The notes under the pieces: model-generated
What the model was told of the DNA's origin: nothing
What the model saw: only the letters and a program-made list of their open reading frames with translations
Database searches by the model: none
Source of the DNA: Haplodiscus bocki
Taxonomy: Eukaryota
DNA length: 64,000 nt
NCBI GenBank assembly: GCA_965655095.1
Contig: OZ296648.1
Span: 56,668,001-56,732,000 of the forward strand
Direction: 5' to 3'
Translations under genes and position numbers: made by a program
Part shown: in pieces, positions 1-10,154 of the stretch
Layout: each line of letters begins with the position of its first letter
Position numbering within the stretch: the first letter of the stretch is position 1

Positions 1-680
1 TAATTAGTACTACATATCAAATTCAAGACGACAAAGATCCATCAATCATAAAAACAGTACACCGTAACCATTTGGTTGAATATTACCCTAAAGAAGAATC
101 GCTTTCAGCTATTATTAAGGAACATGTACCGCATGACCAACAAAATGATAACGATTTTTTTGAACTGTTCTTGGATCAAAGAATTGGGAAATTGAACAGT
201 TTTACTGAACAACCCACAGAGGACACCACTTCATTCCCAATACGACCATTATCTTCAACTCCGGCAATCCTTTCACATAAACGTGACAGTCTCACCAGCA
301 GTGACTCAGGAGTTGGCTCAGCTCAAGTTTTTTCGCCAACCCTCCCGTCACTCCTGAACAACCACCACAACTTCCACAGGAGACGGCGACTCAACAGCCG
401 TCAACTAAGGCTCCAACCAGACCACTTACTGCAATACAACAATTTCTGCGGAACAGTCGAAAGTCCAAAGCGAGAGATCCAAGGTACGTCAGAACTCAGC
501 CACAAGATCCTAATTCTCAATTGGCTCTTCGTACCCTCACTCGCCAGCGTTATACACTCTAACAGACAACAATTTGTTGTTGCTCAGCAATCGCCTAAAT
601 TCTCTCTTTTTTTTTTTTTAGAAAAATCACTACCTACTTACCTACTTTTTCATTCATTGTTTTTAGTACAAGATGCCTAA
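1..680 (+). pseudogene. pol: pol 3' end: integrase C-terminal (GPY/F-SH3-like) region plus low-complexity tail
   Basis: Translation TTYQIQDDKDPSIIKTVHRNHLVEYYPKEE matches the Y.I...VH.N.L..Y end of Gypsy integrases, followed by an S/P/T-rich tail. Confidence 0.75.
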
Positions 681-1053
681 TTGTCACAAATTCTACCCTA
701 ACTCTCAGTGGACGGTTACCCACTGTTGGCCCGACCTGGCTTTTGACAAAGTGCTATTAACTAAACTTTACTGGAGTTATTCAACACAAATAGTCCGTGT
801 GTGTTTCACACCTCTTCTGAAACCTACACTTAAACGGGATCTCAAGCGCAAAAGTAACTTTCAAATCAACTTTACCTCGCCTGCTATGCTAAGACTTTAC
901 GAACTTTTGTGTTACCATTCTCTTGAACATTTAGATCCAATTATGGACGAATTTCTTACTTTTGTTCAATCTACACTATCTTCACTTTATTGTTTTCCAG
1001 CAATGTCAGCCGTTTTACCCGACGCAGCAGATGGCACTTTCAACCATCCTTGA
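673..1053 (+). CDS. accessory ORF of unknown function (126 aa)
   Basis: ATG-initiated open ORF immediately after pol; no motif recognised. Confidence 0.4.
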   Translation: MPNCHKFYPNSQWTVTHCWPDLAFDKVLLTKLYWSYSTQIVRVCFTPLLKPTLKRDLKRKSNFQINFTSPAMLRLYELLCYHSLEHLDPIMDEFLTFVQSTLSSLYCFPAMSAVLPDAADGTFNHP

Positions 1054-2181
1054 ACTTTACAATGTTTTCTTCACACAAACTTTGGAATGTGAAGTCCCAA
1101 AACAAGTGAATACTTCCCAGGCAGAGGATTGGTAAAAACGTAATAAGAACCAAACCAACGGTGGAGGATAACCTCGCCGGCAGGAGTTGCTTAATCAGGC
1201 ACAGGAAGCCCCGGCCTCCACCAGGGACCTCACGCGCGCCCGGAAGACAGCTTGTGGCCAAATGTCCATAGCCAGAGCAAACTCCTCCCTCTGCTCCATC
1301 GTGAGATCAAGCCACCCGGCGAGGATTGCCCGCAGTTCGAACAATAGCACCTCACTGAACTCGGACAAGACCATCGCTTTCCAGTTTTCTCCATAGAAAC
1401 GGACCAGGAAGCTCCGGAACATCGCCAACACCGGGGCTTCTTGAACTGGTGCTTCGTCATTGCCCCGATGATACCTCATGAAGGCTCTCCAACTTTCTAA
1501 TCAAAAGATGGTGGGCTAGCCGAAGATATACAGGGAGCAGCCAGACGAACCTTCCGCCGTGGAGTGGAAGAGCGGGAACTCCGGGAGAGGGTCAATCCCG
1601 TCCCAACGTACCACCTCCACGACAACTTCAGGGGGTTTGCCCATCCTATAACAACACAGGAAGAAAGAAATGGAATAACATCCACAGCACCTAGACGACA
1701 AATGTTACCTCCATGTTTACCAAAATTGAGTTCTTGTTTTCAATCCATCAATTCATCACTTCATTGTCAACTGCAGTTACTCCCTACCCGCAAACACTTT
1801 CACTATTTTTCCCAGGAAGACCCTGCTGTGACAAAGCACAGCAGATGGAAGAAAGAATGAAAGAAAGGAAGGAAGATGAAATTATGTTGCCTGATTCCGT
1901 TTATTAGTTTTGCATGAATCCGCTTACATTTAAATCGCCTAAATTATTTGAATAAATTTATTTAATTAAACTTATTTTTAGTAAATGTCCTAAATTATTA
2001 ATTATTCATTCTTTGGAAAGTCCAACACTTGGTTTTCATTGAGACATCGTTCTCAGATGGGCTGTGGACTCAACGGCACGGAAACTACTCAGAAGAAACA
2101 GCTCAACTCAACTGATCTACAATTCAGCAACTGACAACGAAAACTGTTAATAGACAGGCATTTGGGATGTTTTCTAGTTAG

Positions 2182-2403
2182 ATGACAATCATATTCTTCA
2201 AAGTCAACGGAGACACCTTTATTCTCAGAAAAAAAACCTATGACTCAACTACGAAGCTTTTTGTTGTAAAAACAGAAGCGGTTGAAGCTGGAATACAAAC
2301 GATCTTCAAGTGCTTGCAAGGATCAGAACATTATTCCTCTGTAGACGGTCTTTACAAAAACCCTCCACCAACAGAAAAAAAAAGCCAGAAACGAATTTTT
2401 TAA
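2182..2403 (+). CDS. small accessory ORF, paralogue copy A (73 aa)
   Basis: MTIIFFKVNGDTFILRKKTYDSTTKLFVVKTEAV...FKCLQGSEHY...YKNPPP aligns end-to-end with the next ORF. Confidence 0.6.
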   Translation: MTIIFFKVNGDTFILRKKTYDSTTKLFVVKTEAVEAGIQTIFKCLQGSEHYSSVDGLYKNPPPTEKKSQKRIF

Positions 2404-2420
2404 ACGGCTACAGAGATCAA

Positions 2421-2644
2421 ATGACCACAATTTTTTTGAAACTAATAACGATTCGTACCTTCTTGAGCGCTTAACTTATAATTCAGAAACTATTGGTTTT
2501 ACAGTATTGACAGAAAGAGTTGGTGATTGGGAAAAAGTTAACTTCAAGTGCCCCGAAGAGTCAGAGCACTACTTTTTCTTTAAACGCTTTTACTTCAATC
2601 CGCCACCAGAAAACATAAAGAGTAAAAACCAAAATTTTGAGTAA
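2421..2644 (+). pseudogene. small accessory ORF, paralogue copy B (one-base frameshift in a T run)
   Basis: Adding one T at 2431-2437 gives MTTIFFETNNDSYLLERLTYNSETIGFTVLTERV...FKCPEESEHY...YFNPPPENIKSKNQNFE*. Confidence 0.6.
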
Positions 2645-2651
2645 AAAAATC

Positions 2652-2906
2652 ATGTCGTACGAGCTTAACTTGAAGTGTATTTGGCAGCATCCGACAACTG
2701 GAAACCATCTGGAGATAACCAAAATTGTTTGGGCAGAAGTTGAAAAGCCAATTATAATAGCAGTCAGAAGCGTAAGACAAGCTCAGCCCGGAACTTGGAA
2801 AATACATATCAAACAAGACACGGAAAACATGATCAACTTCTTGTCGTCTCCGGTAGAATTCACCAAGTTTCCCTTCTTTGCTAAATCTCACCCACTGCAA
2901 GAATAA
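2652..2906 (+). CDS. accessory ORF of unknown function
   Basis: ATG 7 nt after the paralogue B stop; MSYELNLKCIWQHPTTGNHLEITKIVW... Confidence 0.45.
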   Translation: MSYELNLKCIWQHPTTGNHLEITKIVWAEVEKPIIIAVRSVRQAQPGTWKIHIKQDTENMINFLSSPVEFTKFPFFAKSHPLQE

Positions 2907-3265
2907 CTGGTGAAAGAACTCATTCCTTATTGCCAGTCACTGACCCTCAGCACTGGACAATCCAGCTCGAAACGACCTAAGACTAGTTTATAGAGCTTCA
3001 ACTCAGGTTAGAAAAGCCCAATTGGCGCTTTTTTGACGAACCGGTTATAGCCCGGTTTCCCTTTTTGACAATCGATTCTAGTCCGACGTCCTTTATAAAA
3101 AGCTCGGCGTTGTTTTGCAGTAGTGGAGGAACTGCTATAAACGTTTTGCGCCCGCCTTGTCCTATTGCCCACAAAGCTGCCGGTTTGATATCGCGGCTTA
3201 CATTTTTACAGTTCATTTTTCTTAGCTACCCTCTAAAGATGGGATTTCCGCTACGTAAATTAGCG

Positions 3266-5399
3266 ATGAAGCTATTTTTTTCAAATCCTCGCGCTTACTG
3301 TCAAGGTGGTTCTCAATATAACTCCAGAGGAAGACCAGTTTGCTCCAGCTCTGAAAGTAGCTCATTTTGACTGCAGTGAGATGACTGAAAAAACTCTTTA
3401 CGCCATAAATCAGGTAATGCCATGGCATATTACGCCTGAAAAAACAGAGAGGTTAAAGTTGTGCACTACACCAACTATTTCAGAAGGGAACTAAAAGCTA
3501 CAAAATGCTGAGTACAACACCAACGAGAAAATTAACATTGCGGACACCATGATCATGGCAGCACTGATCATACTTTTGCAGGGATTACAAGTGACATTGT
3601 TATCTCTCCAGAACAATGCCGAAACCTAGTGAAGTGAAAAGACAATACCTTGCTTGGTGATTCGATTAGTTTTGGTTTCGACACAAAGAACCCCATCGTA
3701 AAAGCCTCTGGTGACCCAGCGATGACTACCAGAAGGAATGTCTCGGCAAAGGTTGGATCACTCGTGACACCTTCCTCCCTCACATGCAGACAAGAACTTT
3801 GAAAGCTACGCTAGAAAACGGAAAACTTCTATCTGATAAAGGGTTTAATTTTACCATGCGCTCTAGAAGAATTGGGATGTGAAACTACCTCGTTCGAACC
3901 CTATGCTTACATTTGGGACTATCTTGACAACTGTGCGATCTCAATTCTTTGAACTGAGGAAGTTGATATGGTAAAGCAAGAAAATAAGTATTAGGTTATC
4001 ATTGGAGCCAATTCCAGCTCTAAATTTGTATTTGAACTCAAGAACAACCCTGAGAAACAATGCGGAAAGCCAAAATCTATTTACTCTACAAACTATGATT
4101 CACTTTATATGGACCTTTTCAGCGAAGGTTTTTACATCGACACCGGGAGAAACCTGGGTCGTGATCAAAACACAGCAACAAAGATCCTACAGTATTTGAA
4201 ACCAAAAGAGAAAGGAGATTTCGATCAACTTTATGCCCATAACCCCAAGTTAGAAGGAACACAAAAGTCACAAACAGCGGACCCCGAGAACTATCTGAAC
4301 ATCGATTACGAAATGCACCTCGGGACGAATATTGATTATCTATTCTTTCAGAGCTCGCGATTAGTCCAAGCGACGGAAATACAGTCATTGCAAAACCAAT
4401 GTGAACAGGAATGTACCCAAATCTTGACTAATCTCTTGTTTGCCCTTGAAAACCCTCGTTTGGCCGGTTACATGCTAAGTGATAACCGATCAAAGATTCT
4501 AGAAACGGATGGATGCGTAGCATAGCTATACCATTGCCCGAAAGTTCACTGGCCTCTTTACACAATGAACCAGTGTTACGATAAAAATCCCAATCTTTAC
4601 AGGGGACAAATTCAATTTGTTGACCCTGTGACTCGACAAAACTATCCTCATGCTACGGCTCAAAACTGTTCCGATCGCATCAAGAACCTGTTCCATCTCG
4701 ACATGGATCAGGAAGATTCTTGGTACACTCTAACACCTGGTATTGTACATCAAAACAAGGCTGCCATGATTGGACCTCAAGATATTAACCCAGTTGCTTC
4801 TCACGCCTTAACCGGATCATAGGATTCGGGCATGTATTCCCGCAACGAGCTTGAAGGATTGTGGGATAGTATCCTTATCAATGCCGCTTCGAGGACGGCA
4901 CCTAAAAAGATTTCACAAAATATTATTGTCTACACAACTGCCCAAGAAGGAACAGGCAGTTCTCATTAAATTACCAAACAAAACGAGTTCTTTGTGGATA
5001 AGATGATTTCGCCAGGGTATTTTAACGATCAATTCTTTGACACATTTGGGCCGGTCGTTTATATACTTGAGCATTGTGGAATTTATTTCTCCGTCTTTTT
5101 GTTCATCAGACTTATAATTGATGTGGTAGTTATAGTCGTGCGTTACATGGAAATAGATAACTGGTTCCACTCTAGGGTTTGCTAAGACCCTTCTGAGTGC
5201 TTAGTACAATATTTTCTTAACAAGTGTCTCAACTTCCATGTATAACCCACGTGCTCCGGCGCTAACTGCTGTTAAACACATGGAGGTAGGTCCATGTGTC
5301 GAAAACGATATGCATGAGGTAAAAGAGGATGCGAAAAAGAAAGAAGAGCACCTCTACCCTGAAATGAGCACGATAACACTATCATTGTCATCTGTCTAA
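3266..5399 (+). pseudogene. env: envelope / class III-like viral fusion glycoprotein (chuvirus G / herpes gB-like), multiply frameshifted
   Basis: Signal-peptide-like start MKLFF/QILALTVKVVL; AHFDCSEMTEKTLYAINQV; HCGHHDH; LPCALEELGCETTS..YAYIWDYLDNC; QNQCEQECTQILTNLLFALENPRLAGY; YHCPKVH..MNQCYDK..YRGQIQFVDPVTRQ..QNC; C-terminal TM helix CGIYFSVFLFIRLIIDVVVIVV. The Cys pattern resembles chuvirus-type glycoproteins. Confidence 0.8.
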
Positions 5400-5464
5400 C
5401 AATCTGTTTTCCGTTTATTGATTTTTAGTGTTTAGATTTTTAATCAAAGGAGAGCGACGATTCA

Positions 5465-5854
5465 TTGCCTGTCTTAACCGATCTGAAATTCGACTTGCTT
5501 ACGTTGATCCCATCAACTTTGAGACAGCCAATTGAACCTGTACTACCTTTTCTCTCGCCTCCTTCAATCATTTTTTCGTCAAACCCTGCTTCACTGGACG
5601 CACAATCAGACACCGTCTCAACAACGCAGGGATTATTGTCATTTTGCTCTGCTCCTCCTTTCACCACTGACCATGTACAACCTTCAACCATTTCCACTTC
5701 TGTTGGCAAAGCTACATCCCATAGCTCACGCGCACGATCTAAACAAAAACAAAAACTACGCAATTTGCAGCGACCGGCCGGCAAAACTTACAATAACGGA
5801 AATCGACTTACAATTGCTCGAAAACACAAAAGGGAACACTGGCGAGAGCTGTGA
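5465..5854 (+). CDS. Pro/Ser/Thr-rich, basic-tailed accessory ORF of unknown function
   Basis: 129-codon open frame between env and the TRAF-like gene. Confidence 0.4.
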   Translation: MPVLTDLKFDLLTLIPSTLRQPIEPVLPFLSPPSIIFSSNPASLDAQSDTVSTTQGLLSFCSAPPFTTDHVQPSTISTSVGKATSHSSRARSKQKQKLRNLQRPAGKTYNNGNRLTIARKHKREHWREL

Positions 5855-6092
5855 AATGCCCTTGTTTCAAACTTCATCTGCACTACAGGCTGAGACCGCA
5901 ATATTCTTCCTGGGAAAAACTGTTCTGAGATACCCAACGACAGGAGTTTACCATTCAGAACACGCTCCTGCTTTCTCAGCGATTTGTTGTTCCGCTGCGG
6001 GCTTCAACTGCTAATTCAAAGCCATAACTTAAATTCTGTTTTTTTTTAATCTTAATTTTGCTTAAACGTTTGAATTTAATATTTTCTTAAAG

Positions 6093-7022
6093 ATGAGCCA
6101 TTTATTTCCTGGATCCTCTGAACTACTTGAGGAACCTACTTCGCCTGCTCAAGCACCTGCGACAGATGGAAATCCAATACTATCATCTGAAGGGGTTATG
6201 TATTCCACTCTACTACAGTTGCGCGCGCACGTGGAGAAAAATTAGAACGCACAACCCTCAAGCAACCTATTACAACGTCTCGAAAGAGACTTCGCTCTTC
6301 TACAGCCCCAGATTGAGTTACTTGAACAACCAACAACAAGTAAGTTCTCCTCAGTAAAGTCACTTGAAAAAAAAGTAGAGCCTTAGAGAAGCGTTTTTCC
6401 ACCGAAACGTGCAGATGTAGTTCGAAGCTCAACTCCTTACAACATGAGCTGTCAAACATGGGTGATCAAATTTGCCAGTTTGAGCACAGCAATTCAAATT
6501 TCATTTTGTGGAAGATCACCTCTATACAACTGCTATTTGAGCCCGCCAGATTATGGTATCTGAAGCCAGGACGGGAAAATGCCCCAAACCACTCATTTTC
6601 GCAGCCCTATTGCTTGCTCCTAAGCATATGGCTACAACTTTTATTTGAATTCACACCCCTATGAATTTGCCGCTGCTATCGGAACACGGGCTTCTATCTC
6701 TCTGTCTCTCTCTGTGTCTGCTGGGGAAATTGATGACATTCTGTCTTGGTCCATCTCAAAGACAATCCAGATCAAAGTGCGTGACCGACTGAACCCTCTT
6801 AATACCTGCAGCCAGAGAATCGAGCCCAATGAAATAACTAGACCAACCTCAGTTGTATTTTCTACAGTACCAACGGTTCGATACCTTTACTTCTCTCCAC
6901 ATTCAAAACTCTTCAATGAAACTGATGGCTACCTGTATAACGACACTACGTATCTCGATATTTCCTTTTTTGACCCGTCAATACCATCTACCCAGTCTTT
7001 TCTTCTTTTTCCTTTTCCGTAG
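6093..7022 (+). pseudogene. TRAF-like protein (coiled coil + MATH/TRAF-C domain), intronless, frameshifted
   Basis: Heptad-like LQRLERDFALLQPQIELLEQ and LQHELSNMGDQICQFE, then SNFILWKI, HFRSPI..AYGYNFYLNSHPY, IGTRASISL, AGEIDDILSWSISKTIQIKVRDRL, RPTS, YFSPHSKL..DGYLYNDTTYLDISF: the TRAF MATH motif series (IWKI, SPPF-GYK, GTHLS, GEYD-L-WPF, RP, YI-DD-IFI) in order. Confidence 0.8.
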
Positions 7023-7051
7023 AGATCTCCAATCAGTTTCAACACCTTGTC

Positions 7052-7063
7052 AGTGGGGTGAGT
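7052..7063 (+). promoter_or_regulatory. polypurine tract (plus-strand primer site)
   Basis: AGTGGGGTGAGT directly before TGT at 7064. Confidence 0.55.
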
Positions 7064-8425
7064 TGTCGCGTTAGCCGTAACGCTAAACAGTGCTAGTTCT
7101 AAATTTAGAAATGACATAATAGAAGTAATAATAATAATTTACCGTTTGAAGGGATAGCTGTTGGAGAGCGGTAATAAAGTTGGAATTGCACATTTTGAAA
7201 CCTCAAATTTTTGTTGACATGCCTCAGACGGAAATTAACGAAGCTTTTCCATTTGTTACCCCCGCTCTCGGAGTTTGATTTTGTTGCTTCCCGAACGGCA
7301 CACTTTGCTTCTTAAGAGTTCATTTTTTGACTCCTTTTGGAGGATCACCATATTTGGTGCTCATTGGCGCACGGCCTACCGTAGTTGGTCATAACCTTGA
7401 AAAGTACGAGAGCTCGGCAAAATTGAGCGACCGGCCGCCAACAGTAAAAATCATAACTTTCCTGATCAATTACCGCCGACTACCAACTCCAAAAGCAAAA
7501 ACTACTAAATTCTCCACTTTCTTCTTCTAAGATTTTGGAAACTTAGAAATTCGAAACCGCCACAGAACTTCTGCTTTCTCGATATTGGAAACTTTTATAT
7601 CTTTGGAAAAGAGACAATTTTTCAAAGAAACTCAATTATTCCAACAGTGGGAAAAGGAATTGACTATTGGCAAAAACCTATCAACTATAAACCTATTTTC
7701 ATCATTTGGAATAAAACGAATTGTTAATATCTAAAATAACCAACCCTGGTAGAGCACAGCTCACCAGATGAACTTAGTTAATTAAAATCTGGTCCGTCGG
7801 CAGATCCTCTGAAAAAGAGTTGCCACGGAAATTGCTCTGAACAAGAGCTCATTGAAACTTCCAGATACATAAAAGAAATCGCTCGGTGGTCCTTCCATTT
7901 GGGGTTTTGCCTTTTTTGACTGCCTCCATTGAAGTGAAAGGATGCTGAGTCTTAGATAAAATTCTTTACTAACCCAGTTTCGATCAGAATCAGGTTCATT
8001 GGTTATCCGATGGTAATGGCCTGAACCTAAGAGAAATCGCACGGTTGCTACGCCATAAAACAAGTTACCGTGTCTTAGTTACTAACCCAACACTTTTGGT
8101 CGGAACTGAACCAGCGGTCAATAAAACCCCTAGATTTTACTCTACGGGTTGACAACTGTGTACTGGCCTAAGAGAACTCGCTAGGTTGATTCGTTACGCG
8201 AACTATCTAGTCTTAGCTCAATTTGACTTAGAGGTTCATTTTGAAAATAAACTGTTTGAAAAGACGGATGTGTTTATTCTCCGGTCTAGCACAAACTTAA
8301 AACAAAATGATGGTGCTCGAAGGCAACTCTACTCCGACAAAGTTAGAAAAGATATTGCTTAATCTTACTGGAGCTACTATTAATTTCGTATTTCATTTTC
8401 GCGTCAATTAAAAGCGCGTGCAACA
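7064..8425 (+). repeat. candidate 3' LTR (~1.36 kb)
   Basis: Starts TGTCGCG after the PPT and ends GCGTGCAACA (imperfect terminal inverted repeat TGTyGC); AATAAA at 8120; no second copy in the window to confirm. Confidence 0.55.
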
Positions 8426-8429
8426 ATAT

Positions 8430-9140
8430 TCTCTTTGAATTTCAGCTGAAACTTTTAGACTTATTATTTTGGCATAAAATTTCTGGGTGTTGAAAAAATT
8501 TGATTGAACAGAGCTGAATGGTAAAGTGGCTAACGCTCTTACTTTGAATAATATTGGAATAGAGTGAAATTTGAACCAATTCTTCTGCGCTTAAAACAGT
8601 ACCGTCCCCCTGGTGAACTCTCTGCCAAGTTTGACAATACAAATTTTATATTCGAAGCCATAACTTTCCTAGTTTATAAATCTGCTTGCGTTGAATAAAT
8701 TCTTGATGAATTTTCTAACCACTCAATAGCAGTCGACTAAGTCCTTGCCAATGAGTTCACGCTCTATTTTGTTCACGCGGGCCAGCAAGGAAACTTTGAG
8801 GCTTAAGTTTGTTTAATCAATAACGGTAGCACACCAAGAAAGTGTCAAGTTTTTGTCTACATAAAACATGAACCGAAACCTAATCTACCACCCCGCGCGA
8901 CAGTTTGTTTTTTTTCAACTCGGGTTGTTTTTGGTGCTCCATTGATTGGACCGTGAGCCTGCAATTTTTCGTAATCGCAAAAATGGAAGATTTTGGTTTT
9001 TACTACCAGATCGTCTTCTCTTCTCTTCGTCTTTGAGATCCAACAATAGGATGCTTCTCAACGTACGGTATTGTTTTGCTTTTACTTTGGCACGTAGATG
9101 ACTTTCTGACTTGTTTCCGACATCAACCATCCTCTTCATT
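8430..9140 (-). pseudogene. highly decayed non-LTR RT fragment (probable continuation of the old element at 13092-15400)
   Basis: Weak RT-like remnants TNLSLKVSLLARVNKIERELIGKDLVDCY and ESYGF. Confidence 0.3.
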
Positions 9141-9323
9141 TTGTATATATGAGTTTAATAGATATTGAAATACCGTATATGGATTCAACGCCAGTTGCTT
9201 TGGTGATTGCCCATTTTTTCTCCTCTCAGCGTAACAAACTAAAAATCTTCAAACTGCCATTTTGTTTTTCTTTTATTTCTCAGTAAAACTTAATTGTTGT
9301 GATAAACCAATAAATACTTTCAT

Positions 9324-10154
9324 ATGAATATGGCTGATGATCAAGTCAAGTCCAGAATTGGGTGCACGACGTCTGGTGTTGGTGGTAAGGACTACTACCC
9401 GAGCATTGGCGAGCTTCTCGAGGCCGGACCAGACCAGTTCCGACTTCTCACTGGCAAACTGACCAAAGATTGGCTGATCTTTCTGCCTAAAGATACTGTG
9501 GAACACCTGAGTCAAGTTAAGTTTTCTAACTCTCTATTTTTTTCCAATAATCAAAAACTGGATGACATCAAATCTGTTTAATCACCACCTATCACATCCA
9601 ATCCTCAAGTATCTCTGTTTTTGCCGACTAGCTGGATTGATGTTGTTAAAAATTCATTGAATGAACATGACTACCATGTGGCTGCTGCTGATTGTGTTTT
9701 ACTTTATAACGTTGAAGAGAGAGCTCATGACAATCTCGGCAAGAAGGCTGTGAAAGAAGTTCCCAAGACTTTGAATGTTTCATCGAACGTGGTCGTACGC
9801 GCGAATTGTTTAGTGAAAACCAATACCAACAAACCTTTTAAACCCCGCCCTATTGAAGTAAAGCTAACTTCAAGTAAGGATGAAAAGTTGATTATGTCAA
9901 AAGTGTCCCCGCTAAAAAGTTCAGGAGTTTTTGTTAAAAACAAGTTGATGTAGAACGATTGACAGAAAGATAAAGCTCTACTGAGTCTTCGTTTTGGCTT
10001 GGTTAACTTGGGTCTCAAGCGTGATCTGTTGCGAATCAGAGATCTTAAACTGTTATTTGATGGCAAATTGCTTGATGAAAACCTCTCGGCGGATGATATA
10101 TTTGCATCGTGCCGCTCAGATGTGACATCTTCCGTGGAAAGTTCTTCCCATTGA
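9324..10154 (+). pseudogene. LINE ORF1 (coiled-coil/RRM-CTD-like)
   Basis: YYPSIGELL, SWIDVVKNSL, VLLYNVEE, KPRPIEVKL, GVFVK, RIRDLKL; homologous to ORF1 at 45015-45846. Confidence 0.7.

Larger units (their letters stand above)
1..8425 (+). mobile_element. 3' portion of an envelope-encoding Ty3/Gypsy-like LTR retroelement with accessory genes
   Basis: Co-oriented order: integrase C-terminus, small ORFs, env-like glycoprotein, TRAF-like ORF, purine-rich tract, TG...CA-bounded LTR candidate. The 5' part lies outside the window. Confidence 0.85.
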
